The notes below the pieces were generated by a model. It was given only the letters and a program-made list of their open reading frames with translations. It was not told where the DNA came from and made no database searches. This document shows, in pieces, positions 8,977 to 17,730 of a DNA stretch of 62,333 bases (its first letter is position 1; every line of letters starts with the position of its first letter). The stretch covers positions 1-62,333 of the forward strand of contig JBJEVY010000075.1 of assembly GCA_051884775.1 (NCBI GenBank). The letters are read 5' to 3'. The DNA is from Candidatus Spyradenecus sp. GTDB lineage: Bacteria > Verrucomicrobiota > Kiritimatiellia > RFP12 > DVOR01. The position numbers were made by a program, and so were the translations under genes.

Positions 8977-9633
8977 TTACTTCTTGGCGGGCTCAGCGGC
9001 CGCGTCAGGCTTCTTCGCGCCGATCACTTCGGGCTCGGCGGCGGCACCGTCAGCGGCGGCGGGGAGAGCGATCTCCTCGTCGGCGGCCACCACGGCGGCC
9101 ACGACGGTATCCTTGTGGGTTGTAACGTGATACTTCTCGCCGAGGTTGAGCTGCGAAGCGAGGAGCGAATCACCGACCTTGAGGGCGGAGACGTCGATAT
9201 CAAAGCTTTCGACGATGTCCGAGGGCAAGCAGTCGACGTGGATGGCGCGGAGTTCCTGCTCGAGCACGCCGTTGGCATTCTTGACGCCATCGGGGGTGCC
9301 GACGAGGTTGATAGCGATTTCCACGCGCACGGTGTGGCCCATGTCAACTTCACCGAAGTCGACGTGCGAGACCTTGCCGGTCATCACATCGTGCTGGGTT
9401 TCGCGCAGGAGCGCGGAGAGCTTGGTGCCGCCGAGATCGATCGAGACGAGGAGCTGATCGCCGTGGTGGGCGCGCATCGTCATATCGTAGGCGTGGGCAT
9501 CCAACTCAATGAGGGTCGACTCCCCCGACATACGCTTGATGACGCCGGGAATCTTCCCCGCGCGACGCAAACGACCGGCGGCCTTGGATCCCTGCTCGGT
9601 GCGCACGGAGGCGTTGAGTGTGATCTGATTCAT
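8977..9633 (-). CDS. rplY: 50S ribosomal protein L25 / general stress protein Ctc
   Basis: RTEQGSKAAGRLRRAGKIPGVI N-terminus and long-form L25 length. Confidence 0.9.
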   Translation of the reverse strand: MNQITLNASVRTEQGSKAAGRLRRAGKIPGVIKRMSGESTLIELDAHAYDMTMRAHHGDQLLVSIDLGGTKLSALLRETQHDVMTGKVSHVDFGEVDMGHTVRVEIAINLVGTPDGVKNANGVLEQELRAIHVDCLPSDIVESFDIDVSALKVGDSLLASQLNLGEKYHVTTHKDTVVAAVVAADEEIALPAAADGAAAEPEVIGAKKPDAAAEPAKK

Positions 9634-9677
9634 GGATGTGTGTGTCCTTGGTTTCTGGAAAGGTCCATCGCTCGCGC

Positions 9678-10628
9678 TTACGACAGGCGGAAGAGCGAGG
9701 AGACGGACTGGTTGTTATGGATGCGAGTGATCGCCTCGGCCAGCAAGGGCGCGACGGAGAGCACCTTGATCGACGGCAACCCCGAGATGGATTCATCCAA
9801 GGGAATGGAGTCGGTGGTAATCAGCTCTTCGATGAGCCCATCGTTGGCGCGCAGGCGGTCAATGCCCACCTGCGTGAGGGGAATGTGCGAGACAACGGCA
9901 CGCACACTGCGCGCACCGCGAGACTTCAGGAGCTTCGCAGCTGCACAAAGCGTCCCGCAAGTCGTCGTCATGTCATCGACCATAATCACGTCACAGCCGT
10001 CGACGTCACCGACGACGCTGAACGCATCCACTTCCGCGGCACCCAAACGCTGCTTCGCCACGATAGCCAGGCCGGTGCCCAGCATCTGCGAATAAGCGTA
10101 AGCCGTCTTGACCCCGCCGGTATCGGGAGAAACGACAAGCGGCTTAGCGAGCTTCATTTCGCGCAGGTACTTCACCATAACCGGCGCGGCGTGAAGGTGA
10201 TCCACGGGAATATCGAAAAAGCCCTGAATCTGCGCGGCGTGCAAATCCATCGTCAACACGCGGTTGGCACCGGCGGCGACGAGGAGGTTAGCCACGAGCT
10301 TCGAGGTGATCGGCACGCGCGGCTGATCCTTACGATCCTGGCGCGCATAGCCAAAATAGGGAAGAACCGCCGTGATGCGCTCGGCCGAAGCGCGGCGCGC
10401 GGCGTCAATCATAATCAGCAGCTCCATCAACATCTCGTTGGGCTGCTTGCAAATCGGCTGCACGAGGAAGAGGTCGGCCCCGCGCACATTGTCGCTCATC
10501 TTGCACCACGTCTCCCCATCCGGGAAATGGCGAATATCCACCGCGCCTAGTGTGGTGCCGATGCACGCGGCAATCTTCTCGGCCAAAGGCTGATTGGCTG
10601 TTCCTGAAAAAACCTGCAAGTTTTCCAT
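9678..10628 (-). CDS. prs: Ribose-phosphate pyrophosphokinase
   Basis: HFPDGE, DLHAAQIQGFF and MVDDMTTTCGT motifs. The start is MENLQVFSG at 10628; the 415-aa ORF extension runs through the tRNA and is not credible. Confidence 0.95.
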   Translation of the reverse strand: MENLQVFSGTANQPLAEKIAACIGTTLGAVDIRHFPDGETWCKMSDNVRGADLFLVQPICKQPNEMLMELLIMIDAARRASAERITAVLPYFGYARQDRKDQPRVPITSKLVANLLVAAGANRVLTMDLHAAQIQGFFDIPVDHLHAAPVMVKYLREMKLAKPLVVSPDTGGVKTAYAYSQMLGTGLAIVAKQRLGAAEVDAFSVVGDVDGCDVIMVDDMTTTCGTLCAAAKLLKSRGARSVRAVVSHIPLTQVGIDRLRANDGLIEELITTDSIPLDESISGLPSIKVLSVAPLLAEAITRIHNNQSVSSLFRLS

Positions 10629-10663
10629 CGCGCTTCCTCGTTTACCAGACGCTGCACCAACCG

Positions 10664-11620
10664 TTATGGTTGCCCGACATGGATTCGAACCATGACTATG
10701 GGCGTCAAAGGCCCGTGTGCTGCCATTACACCATCGGGCAGCGTCTGAACACATGCTCGCCAACACCCCGCCAAAGCCGGATGCCCGAGCGCCCGCTCCC
10801 CCTCCTCGCGACTGCGCACCAGCCCAAAGACCGTTGCACCGCTGCCACAAAGCGTGACCCCTTGGCAGCCGGCCGCCCGCAAAGCTTCCGCCGTCCGGGC
10901 AACCCCCGGGAAAAGCCCAAAACACGCCGCCTCCAGGTCGTTCCCGACCGCCTCAGCCACGCGCGAAACTTCTCCCGCTTGGAAAGAGAGGCGCACAGTA
11001 TCCCACAAATCATTCCCATTTGTCAACTTTTCCCCCGCCCCTCCGGCGCAATCATAGGCCCGATAAACCGCCGGCGTGGGGCAATGCGTCCCATCATTGG
11101 CCAGCACCATCCACACCCCCGGCCCAAAGGCCCCCGTCGCGCGCTCCACCACCTCCCCGCGCCCACGCATCCGCACCAACCCATCCAGCACAAACTGCGC
11201 CACGTCCGACCCCAGTTCCGCCCCCAACTCACACAACCGCTCGCGCGCCACCCCCAGCGCCCACAGCTCGTTCACCCCCCGCAACACCGTCGCCGCATTC
11301 GAGCTCCCCCCGCCAAGCCCCCCACCCAACGGAATCCGCTTGCGGATCTCCAGCCGCGTTGGCAACGCTCGCCCCACCTCCCGCTCCAAGAGCCGCACCG
11401 CCCGCACCGCCAAGTTCTGCTCCGGATCCGCCGGCATCGCCCCCAACGCCACTCCCTCGCCAACCACCGAGAGCGTCGTCTCCGCCGCGCGCGCCAACCC
11501 CACCTCATCGCACAACCCCACCGGCACCACCGCCGAATCCAACGCGTGAAACCCATCTTCCCGGACCCCAAGCACCCTCAGAGTCACATTAACCTTCGCC
11601 GGCGACAACATCTGCATCAT
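10664..11620 (-). CDS. ispE: 4-diphosphocytidyl-2-C-methyl-D-erythritol kinase
   Basis: GHMP-kinase motif KRIPLGGGLGGGSSNAA and N-terminus LSPAKVNVTLRV. The frame has no stop until 10664, so the last 25 codons overlap tRNA-Gln. Confidence 0.85.
   Translation of the reverse strand: MMQMLSPAKVNVTLRVLGVREDGFHALDSAVVPVGLCDEVGLARAAETTLSVVGEGVALGAMPADPEQNLAVRAVRLLEREVGRALPTRLEIRKRIPLGGGLGGGSSNAATVLRGVNELWALGVARERLCELGAELGSDVAQFVLDGLVRMRGRGEVVERATGAFGPGVWMVLANDGTHCPTPAVYRAYDCAGGAGEKLTNGNDLWDTVRLSFQAGEVSRVAEAVGNDLEAACFGLFPGVARTAEALRAAGCQGVTLCGSGATVFGLVRSREEGERALGHPALAGCWRACVQTLPDGVMAAHGPLTPIVMVRIHVGQP
10667..10740 (-). tRNA. tRNA-Gln (anticodon UUG), CCA encoded
   Basis: Minus-strand sequence tgcccgatggtgtaatggcagcacacgggcctttgacgcccatagtcatggttcgaatccatgtcgggcaacca. 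Cloverleaf folded by eye; anticodon loop CTTTGAC; T-loop GGTTCGAATCC. Confidence 0.9.
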
Positions 11621-11628
11621 ACCCGCGC

Positions 11629-11658
11629 AGTATAGCAAAAGGGGCGCTGGCGCGCCCC
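11629..11658 (-). promoter_or_regulatory. GC hairpin plus T-tract fused to extended -10 (TGCTATACT), 8 nt upstream of the ispE ATG
   Basis: Minus strand reads GGGGCGCGCCAGCGCCCC-TTTTGCTATACT-gcgcgggt-ATG. The same unit occurs before hisH. Confidence 0.5.
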
Positions 11659-11860
11659 GTGAACGGTGAGAGGTGAACGGTGAACGGTGAGGTGCTCGCT
11701 ACGCTCGCGTGAGGTGCCGCTGCGCGGCGTGAGGGTGGCGGCTGCGCCGCCGTGAGGGGGCGGCCTGGCGGAGCAGGCCGCTGCACAACGCTTACCGCCC
11801 TCACGCGCGCCCCTGCGCGCCTTTCCCCTTTTTGACATAACTCCTTCGCTTCGCTCGGAC
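11641..11860 (+). repeat. Composite intergenic cassette, copy 1 (heptads, GTGAGG-anchored hairpins, conserved TTGACATA..CTCCTTCGCTTCGCTCGGAC block)
   Basis: 11687-11771 is near-identical to 36877-36961. 11826-11870 is near-identical to 37061-37105. Heptads (GTGAACG/GTGAGAG) span 11659-11694. Confidence 0.85.
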
Positions 11861-12250
11861 TTGTGGTTGCTAACCTGCGTCCATTTCAGCGTGACAAGGC
11901 CTCCACAACCCTTTGTGCCCGCTGTGGTTGCTCATCCTGCGTGCGTTTCGGCGTGCTCTGTGCGTCTTTGTGGTTGCTAACCTGCGCGTATTTCGGCGTG
12001 CTCGGCGTGCGTTCCTTTGTGTTTCTTTGTGTTCTTTGTGGTTAAATCCTGCGTGTGTTTCGGCGTGACAAGGCCTCCACAACCCTTTGTGTTTCTTTGT
12101 GTTCTTTGTGGTTAAATCCTGCGTGCGTTTCGGCGTGACAAGGCCTCCACAACCCTTTGTGTTTCTTTGTGTTCTTTGTGGTTAATATCCTGCGTCTATT
12201 TCGGCGTGCTCGGCGTGCTCTGTGCGTCTTTGTGGTTGCTAACCTGCGCT
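11861..12250 (+). repeat. Family-A tandem array, about 70-bp unit
   Basis: Three near-identical 70-bp units start at 12015, 12085 and 12155 (ctttgtgtttctttgtgttctttgtggttaaatcctgcgtgYgtttcggcgtgacaaggcctccacaacc), flanked by degenerate units. Confidence 0.9.
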
Positions 12251-12263
12251 GCTTTGGGGCGCT

Positions 12264-15200
12264 TTAGTCAACGAGTTTAGCGTGGCGGAGGCGGCGGAGG
12301 AGGGTTTCGTAGCCGGAGCGGTTTCCGCGGGCGAATTCGATAGCGCGCAGTTGGATGAGGGCCTTTTGGAGGTATCGCAGGCCCTGATCGGAGTAGATTT
12401 CGGGCCGGGAGAGGACGCGATAGGCGAGCTTGAGATATTGGGCGGCGGCATCCTCGCGGCGGAGCTGTTTCTCGAAGATTCGACCAATCTTGTACTGATA
12501 AGCGAGGGCGGCATCGGGGTCGCTCTCCAGGTGAGCGAGGGCCTCGCGGTAGGCCTCGAGGGCGAGGGCGTAGCGGGCGGGGTCATCGGTGGCGGTGAGC
12601 AGGAGGCAATCTCCGCGGCGACCATAGGCCTCCCCGATCCACGAGGCGGTGGGGGAGGTCCGAATAAGGGCATCCAGGAGGTCGCGGGCTTCAGCGTGGC
12701 GAGCGAGCTCCATCAAAGCCTCGGCCTGAAGGAAGCGGGCATCGGACAAGCGTTCGGCGCGGGGGAACTCCTTGGCCAGGCGCCCAACGAGTTCAACACA
12801 CTGGACGTAGTCGCTATCCTGGTAAGCGGCGCGGGCGGCGAGGAAAAGGGCTTGGGGCACGCGCGCATCTTTGGGCCAGCGGCGGGTGAACTCGAGGAAG
12901 ACCTTGGTGGCGGCGGCGTAGGCGCCGCGGTTAAAGTCGCTCTTCGCGAGCCAGAGGAGGACATCGGGGATTCGCGGCGAATCGGGATAGGCGGCCACAT
13001 AGGCGCTGGCAAGTTCGCGGGCGCGCTCCTCTTCGCCGAGACCATAGAGACAGAGAACGAGGAAGAAGCGGGCTTCGGCGGCGCAATCGGGATCGGCTGC
13101 CCCCTGCAGAAGGGCGAAGTCATCGCGGGCCTTATCGAGCTGCCCGAGAGCGTAGTAGGTGCGGGCGCGGGTGGCGCGCAAGGGCTCCTGGAATTGCGGC
13201 GCTTGCAGCCGTCCGAGGGCGCGGGAGTACTCGGCCACGGCGTCGATTTGCCGCCCCTCGGCGCAGAGCAACTCGCCCAACCGCGTGCTCGCCACGAAGA
13301 CATCTTCGGGGGGGGCATCGGGCAACTCGCGCACCTCGGCATAGGCCTTGGCGGCCTCGACAACCTTGCCATCGGCCTCCAAGGCGCGGGCCAGACGCAG
13401 CCGGATGGCAGGATCGGCGGAATCGAGACTGCGATAGAGGGCGGCGGCGCGGGCGGGACGCTTGGCGACCATCGCAGCCTCGGCGGCCTCCAGAAGCAAG
13501 CCCTGACGGCGGTCGGGCGAGGACTCGAAGTCGGCCGCTTCGGAGAAGGCGGCAAGGGCCTCGTCAGGACGGTTAAGCTGCAGGAGCGTGCGGGCCTTCC
13601 CCTGACGGACGCGGGCGCGGAACTCAGGGAGGTCGTAGCCGGCAAGGTACTGATCGTAGGCCTTGAGCGCCTCGGCGAGGGAACCGGCGCGCTGAAGGGT
13701 CTCGGCAGAGAAGAGGAGGAGTTCGGGGACCTCGGCCGCGGAGGGGTTCAGGCGAATCGCCTCATCAAGCAATTGGAGCCCCTCCTCGCGGGTGGCAGCC
13801 TCCTCGCACAAGAGCTTCCCCAGCAGGGCGAGCGCTGTGCGCCGGGTGGTCTCCTCCCGGGCGGCTGAGAGGGCGCGGCGGGCGTGCGCCACCTTGGCCT
13901 CGCGCTCGGCATCCAGCTCGGCGGCGGCGAGGGCCAAGCGCGCTTCAATGACCGAGGTCAGCCCCTTGAGCGCCAGCAGGCGATCGAGACAAGCCACCGC
14001 CTCGGCACGATTATCGGCCTGGGCAAAGGCCTTGGGCAAGGCAAGGGCGCAGGAGAGATAGATCCCTCCGCGGTCGGCCGACTCCGCCGCGCGCAGCAGG
14101 GCAACACGGGAGGTGGCATTCGGGAAGCGCGAAGCCCACTGCAGGGCGTTTTCGGCGCGCAAACGCGCATCGGCGCCCTTGGCCTGGTCGATAGCCGCGA
14201 AGTGCTCGGCGGCCGGCAGGTGCTTGCCCAGTTCGAGTTCGGCCTGCAGGGTCATCCGCAGCGCGGCCACGCCCCAGGCATCCTCGGTGCCCACGGCGGC
14301 CTGCGCGTAGGTCTCCAGCGTCTTGGCATAGTCGCCGCGACCATTGTAGACGGCGAGTTGGAAGGCGAGACGGTGGCTGGCGGGCAACTCAGGGGTGGCC
14401 TCGACGCGCGCGAGCGCCTCCGCCCACTCCCCCTTGGCAAGATGGGCGCGAATAAGCACCTCCTCGGCCTTGATCCGCTCCTCGGGCGAGATCCCCAGCG
14501 TGGCGAGGAGGGTCTTAGCCGTCCGCTCGGCGAGCGAGACATTGCCATCATCCATCGCCATCTCGGCGGTGGGCAGCAGCGGCTCGGCGGCCGACAACGC
14601 GCCCGCCACGAGCACAAGCGCCATCAGGCAGCACGCGCGGCGCAGCCGGCAGGCAAAGCGCGCCAACCACACCCCCAAGAGCAAGAGCACGCAGCCCGCC
14701 CCAAAGGTGAGATCCCCCCACCGCAGATAGGCCCCGGCGAAGGGACGCTCAGCCACTGGCAAACGCGTGGGGAAGGCCTCGACGTCGATGGGGCGGCCAA
14801 CGGCATCAAAGGCGGCATTCTGCCCGCCATTGGTGGAGCGAATGATGGGCACGCCGCACTCAATGGCGCGCAGCAGGGCGTGACGAGCGTGCTGCGCGGC
14901 CTGCGCAGAGGGGGCGTACCACGCATCGTTGCTCATATTCACCAGCACCTGCGCGCCGGCAAGGACCGATTCGCGCGCCACATCGCAGACCGTATCTTCA
15001 AAGCAAATCAGCGGCCCGACCACCAGCCCCGAGGGCAGACGCACGGCGGCCACCTCGCGGCCGGGGGTGTTGCTCACGCCGGTGGGGGCGAAGCGCTGCA
15101 GCGCGGGGAAGAGGGTGTCGCCGGGGATATATTCGCCAAAGGGGACCAAGTGGCGCTTACCGTAGACTTGGCGGATGTCCAAGCCATTGCCGGTGAAGAG

Positions 15201-16208
15201 GAGTGCGGCGTTGTAGTTCTCATCCTTCTGCGCGCCATCGCGCTTGAAGTAGAGTCCGCCCACAAGCAGCGGCACGCCGGCCTTGCGAGCAAGCGAGCCC
15301 AACCGCGCCTGCGGCTCGCCATGCAGCGGGAAGACCCACCCGGCGGCAGAGCTCTCGGGCCAGAGCCACAAATCGGGCTTCTGGGGCAACATGGCCAGCA
15401 GCTCGGCCTTCTGCGCGTTTTCGCTGGCCCACATCGGCGGCACCTTCTGCCCGGTAAAGATACACGGCACCTGCGTGGCCTCGCAGACAATAGTGGCCTG
15501 GGTGTGCGGCGCCTGCGTGTAGGCCTTCATCCGCCCGAGCCCCCACAGGAAACTCCCCAACAACAGCGCCAACGGCAACAAGCTCTCGGCCGAAAGCAGC
15601 AGGCGCCCGCGCCAATCGCTCGGCAGGCGCCCGGTCACCCCCAGCCAACAGCGCTCGCAGAGCGTGGCCACCGCGCCATTGACCGAGGCCACGAGCGCGC
15701 TCACCAGCGTCACTCCGCCCACCGAAGCCAGCTGCATCACCGGCAGCGCCTCCGAGCACGCCAATCCCAGCGGATGCCACGCAAAGCCGGTAAAGATCTT
15801 CGAGCGCAGGATCTCCGCCCCGGCCCAGAGCATCGGCTCGAGCAGCACGGTGCAGAGCAGTGCCAGGGACTGGGGCAACACTTGGCGCAGCCGCGCGGCG
15901 GTGGCGGCAAAGGCGCCGATAAAGAGCGCGAGCACCGCGCTCAGCCCCGCCAAGGCCGGCACCACCAAGGGCCACGGCCCGCCATTCTCCGTCAGGCGCA
16001 GCATCCACCCCAACTGCACACACCAGGTGACAAAGCCGCAGAGCCAGCCCCACCCAAAGGCGGCGCGCGGGCTCACCCGGCGAATCAGCAGCAACAGCGG
16101 CACGAGCGCGAACCACGCGGCCGCCGCTTGATTGAAGGGCGCCCAAAGCGCGGCAAGAAGCAGGGCAGAAGAGAGCGCGGCAAAGGCGGAAAGCAGGCGG
16201 GTTTTCAT
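12264..16208 (-). CDS. lnt: Apolipoprotein N-acyltransferase (Lnt) fused to a long C-terminal TPR-like repeat domain
   Basis: Polytopic N-terminus plus CN-hydrolase pattern (WPESS, YGKRHLVPFGEYIP, LICFED). Two further TM segments are followed by about 750 aa of Ala/Leu-rich TPR-like helical repeats. The ATG at 16208 has an AAGGTGA SD. Confidence 0.8.
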   Translation of the reverse strand: MKTRLLSAFAALSSALLLAALWAPFNQAAAAWFALVPLLLLIRRVSPRAAFGWGWLCGFVTWCVQLGWMLRLTENGGPWPLVVPALAGLSAVLALFIGAFAATAARLRQVLPQSLALLCTVLLEPMLWAGAEILRSKIFTGFAWHPLGLACSEALPVMQLASVGGVTLVSALVASVNGAVATLCERCWLGVTGRLPSDWRGRLLLSAESLLPLALLLGSFLWGLGRMKAYTQAPHTQATIVCEATQVPCIFTGQKVPPMWASENAQKAELLAMLPQKPDLWLWPESSAAGWVFPLHGEPQARLGSLARKAGVPLLVGGLYFKRDGAQKDENYNAALLFTGNGLDIRQVYGKRHLVPFGEYIPGDTLFPALQRFAPTGVSNTPGREVAAVRLPSGLVVGPLICFEDTVCDVARESVLAGAQVLVNMSNDAWYAPSAQAAQHARHALLRAIECGVPIIRSTNGGQNAAFDAVGRPIDVEAFPTRLPVAERPFAGAYLRWGDLTFGAGCVLLLLGVWLARFACRLRRACCLMALVLVAGALSAAEPLLPTAEMAMDDGNVSLAERTAKTLLATLGISPEERIKAEEVLIRAHLAKGEWAEALARVEATPELPASHRLAFQLAVYNGRGDYAKTLETYAQAAVGTEDAWGVAALRMTLQAELELGKHLPAAEHFAAIDQAKGADARLRAENALQWASRFPNATSRVALLRAAESADRGGIYLSCALALPKAFAQADNRAEAVACLDRLLALKGLTSVIEARLALAAAELDAEREAKVAHARRALSAAREETTRRTALALLGKLLCEEAATREEGLQLLDEAIRLNPSAAEVPELLLFSAETLQRAGSLAEALKAYDQYLAGYDLPEFRARVRQGKARTLLQLNRPDEALAAFSEAADFESSPDRRQGLLLEAAEAAMVAKRPARAAALYRSLDSADPAIRLRLARALEADGKVVEAAKAYAEVRELPDAPPEDVFVASTRLGELLCAEGRQIDAVAEYSRALGRLQAPQFQEPLRATRARTYYALGQLDKARDDFALLQGAADPDCAAEARFFLVLCLYGLGEEERARELASAYVAAYPDSPRIPDVLLWLAKSDFNRGAYAAATKVFLEFTRRWPKDARVPQALFLAARAAYQDSDYVQCVELVGRLAKEFPRAERLSDARFLQAEALMELARHAEARDLLDALIRTSPTASWIGEAYGRRGDCLLLTATDDPARYALALEAYREALAHLESDPDAALAYQYKIGRIFEKQLRREDAAAQYLKLAYRVLSRPEIYSDQGLRYLQKALIQLRAIEFARGNRSGYETLLRRLRHAKLVD

Positions 16209-16212
16209 CGCT

Positions 16213-17730
16213 TCACCTTTCGGCAAGGGTTAATGGGGTGTGGCCCTGACCGAAGTCGGGCCATTGGAGGAGCGTGTTGGGGTAGACCCGGCGCAGGTGC
16301 GCCAAGCGCTCGGCGCGGTCGGGCGCGGGGGCCAAGTCGGGAAAGTGAAGGGCATAGGTGTAGCCGGCCCAAGCGGCGAGCTTCGGCCCCTCGGCAGCGG
16401 GCGCAGCGCAGGGCGGGGAGAAGGGCCCCATCTCCAAGCCGCGGGGAACCTCAAGCCCGGCCTCGACCGCGAGATAGGTCTCCTGCGTCCAGACCTGGCG
16501 TTCGCCGCGCGCGGCGGCCCAGGTGCGCAGTTGCAGCCCCACGCGGCGCAGGGCCGCAAGGTCGCTCTCGGGCTTGAGGCGGATCCAAAAGCGATCTTGC
16601 GGCAGGGCCACCCAATCCTGAATGAGGGGCGAACCCAGGCAGGTGAGCGCAAGGGCGGCCGGAAGCATCACCTTGGCAAGCGCCAAGCGAAGCGAATCGA
16701 AGGGCAAGCGCGTGAAGGCAAAGGCCACCACCATCGCCAAAGGCAGGGTGGCGGGCACCTGATAATCCTCGTAGGGCACCGGCGCGCAGAGGTGCGCCAG
16801 CCCCAACGCCGCCGCGCACCAGAGCCACAGATTGGCCAGATGCTCGCGCTCGGAGGTTGCCCGCTTCAACGCCGGGCGCGCGGTCACCTGCAGCCACCCC
16901 AGCAAAATCATCCAAAAGGCGAGCAGCGGATTGAAGCGCAGCCACCGCGCCACGCACCCCGCACGCCCCAAGAGCCCCATCGGCTCGCGGGCGCTGTGGA
17001 AGCGAATCGCAGCCAGCAGCTCGGCCGGCCAGCCGATGAGTTCAGGCCCAAAGGCCGCCACCAGCCCAGCCGCCGCACCGGCACCAAACCAGAGCCACGC
17101 CCGGCGGCCCATCTGCGCGCGATGCCACCACAGCCACGCCGTCACCGCCGGCAAGAGCACGCCCATCGACAGGCGAATATCGGCCAGCAGGGCCAGAAGC
17201 GCACCGGCGGCCAACGCGCAGAGGGGGTCGAGCCCCGACCCATCGCGCCGCAACCCGGTGAGCAGCCGCAGCGCCCCGGCGATCCCCAGCGTGCAGAGCG
17301 CGTAGGTCTTGGGGATGACCGTGAAGTAGCCATACCACACATTCAGCCCCAGCAGGCACCAGAGCGTCACACGCGCAGCCCACCGTTCATCCAACCGCCG
17401 GCACCCGGAGGTGACGCAGCCATCGGCCAGAAAGAGCGCCGCCAGACCAAAGAGCGCCGTCAAGATTCGCCCGCCAAGCACACCGAGGCCCGACCACGCC
17501 CAGCCGAAGACCGCGTAGAGGAACGGGAAGAGAAGCCCTTGCGTGAAGAAGAAGTCGCGATGGGGCACCTCGCCGGCCATCATGCGCCGGGCCGCGTAGA
17601 GCCCCCACCCCTCATCTTGGTTGAGCGGCCCGAACCACACATTGAGCACGAGCATCACCACCGTCAGCCCCAGCGCGGCAAGGGCCCACCGCCGAAGCGG
17701 ATTTTGACCCGCCCCGGGTGGTGTTTTCAA
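16213..17730 (-). CDS. GT-C fold glycosyltransferase (family 39/83-like, PMT/ArnT type)
   Basis: First-loop acidic motif GPLNQDEGWGLYAARR and many TM helices. The stop lies 4 nt before the lnt start. The start is uncertain: TTG 17730, or ATG 18159 if the 198-bp repeats are translated. Confidence 0.65.
   Translation of the reverse strand: MKTPPGAGQNPLRRWALAALGLTVVMLVLNVWFGPLNQDEGWGLYAARRMMAGEVPHRDFFFTQGLLFPFLYAVFGWAWSGLGVLGGRILTALFGLAALFLADGCVTSGCRRLDERWAARVTLWCLLGLNVWYGYFTVIPKTYALCTLGIAGALRLLTGLRRDGSGLDPLCALAAGALLALLADIRLSMGVLLPAVTAWLWWHRAQMGRRAWLWFGAGAAAGLVAAFGPELIGWPAELLAAIRFHSAREPMGLLGRAGCVARWLRFNPLLAFWMILLGWLQVTARPALKRATSEREHLANLWLWCAAALGLAHLCAPVPYEDYQVPATLPLAMVVAFAFTRLPFDSLRLALAKVMLPAALALTCLGSPLIQDWVALPQDRFWIRLKPESDLAALRRVGLQLRTWAAARGERQVWTQETYLAVEAGLEVPRGLEMGPFSPPCAAPAAEGPKLAAWAGYTYALHFPDLAPAPDRAERLAHLRRVYPNTLLQWPDFGQGHTPLTLAER

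Noticed and set aside
10640-10760. tRNA-Gln and tRNA-Ser (61522-61612) as possible integration sites for a genomic island or prophage
   Set aside because: There is no integrase, no duplicated tRNA 3' fragment and no phage genes next to either tRNA. The flanking genes are housekeeping.
11617-11838. Mini-ORF starting MSKR(G/V)K, conserved at two cassettes (ATG 11838 and ATG about 37073). At locus 1 it ends in an ATGA overlap with ispE; at locus 2 it runs in frame into the aminotransferase gene
   Set aside because: The AAGGAG lies only 2 nt from the ATG, too close for canonical initiation. The frame passes through hairpin and heptad modules whose number differs between copies, and the predicted peptides are not conserved beyond the first 4-6 residues. 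The conservation is better explained at the DNA/RNA level.
11870-12082. Repeated peptide-like translation of family-A units (WRPCHAE..AG.NHKE.KETQR), suggesting a repetitive protein
   Set aside because: Indels between units shift the frame. Stop codons occur in the equivalent frame at other copies (for example 21673-21857). There is no start context.
11861-12250. Possible CRISPR array (regular about 70-bp periodicity); the same question applies to 21936-22072 and 42406-42493
   Set aside because: Entire units are repeated with no unique spacers. No cas genes are in the window, and the units recur as inverted copies elsewhere. These are tandem repeats, not repeat-spacer arrays.
13308-13315. 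G8 homopolymer (also G7 runs near 30873 and 45629) as a coding-region phase-variation tract
   Set aside because: These lie inside the lnt-TPR, mnmA and glycosyltransferase coding regions, encode ordinary Pro/Gly codons, and are of a length common in GC-rich genomes. Only the two 10-nt promoter-region tracts stand out.
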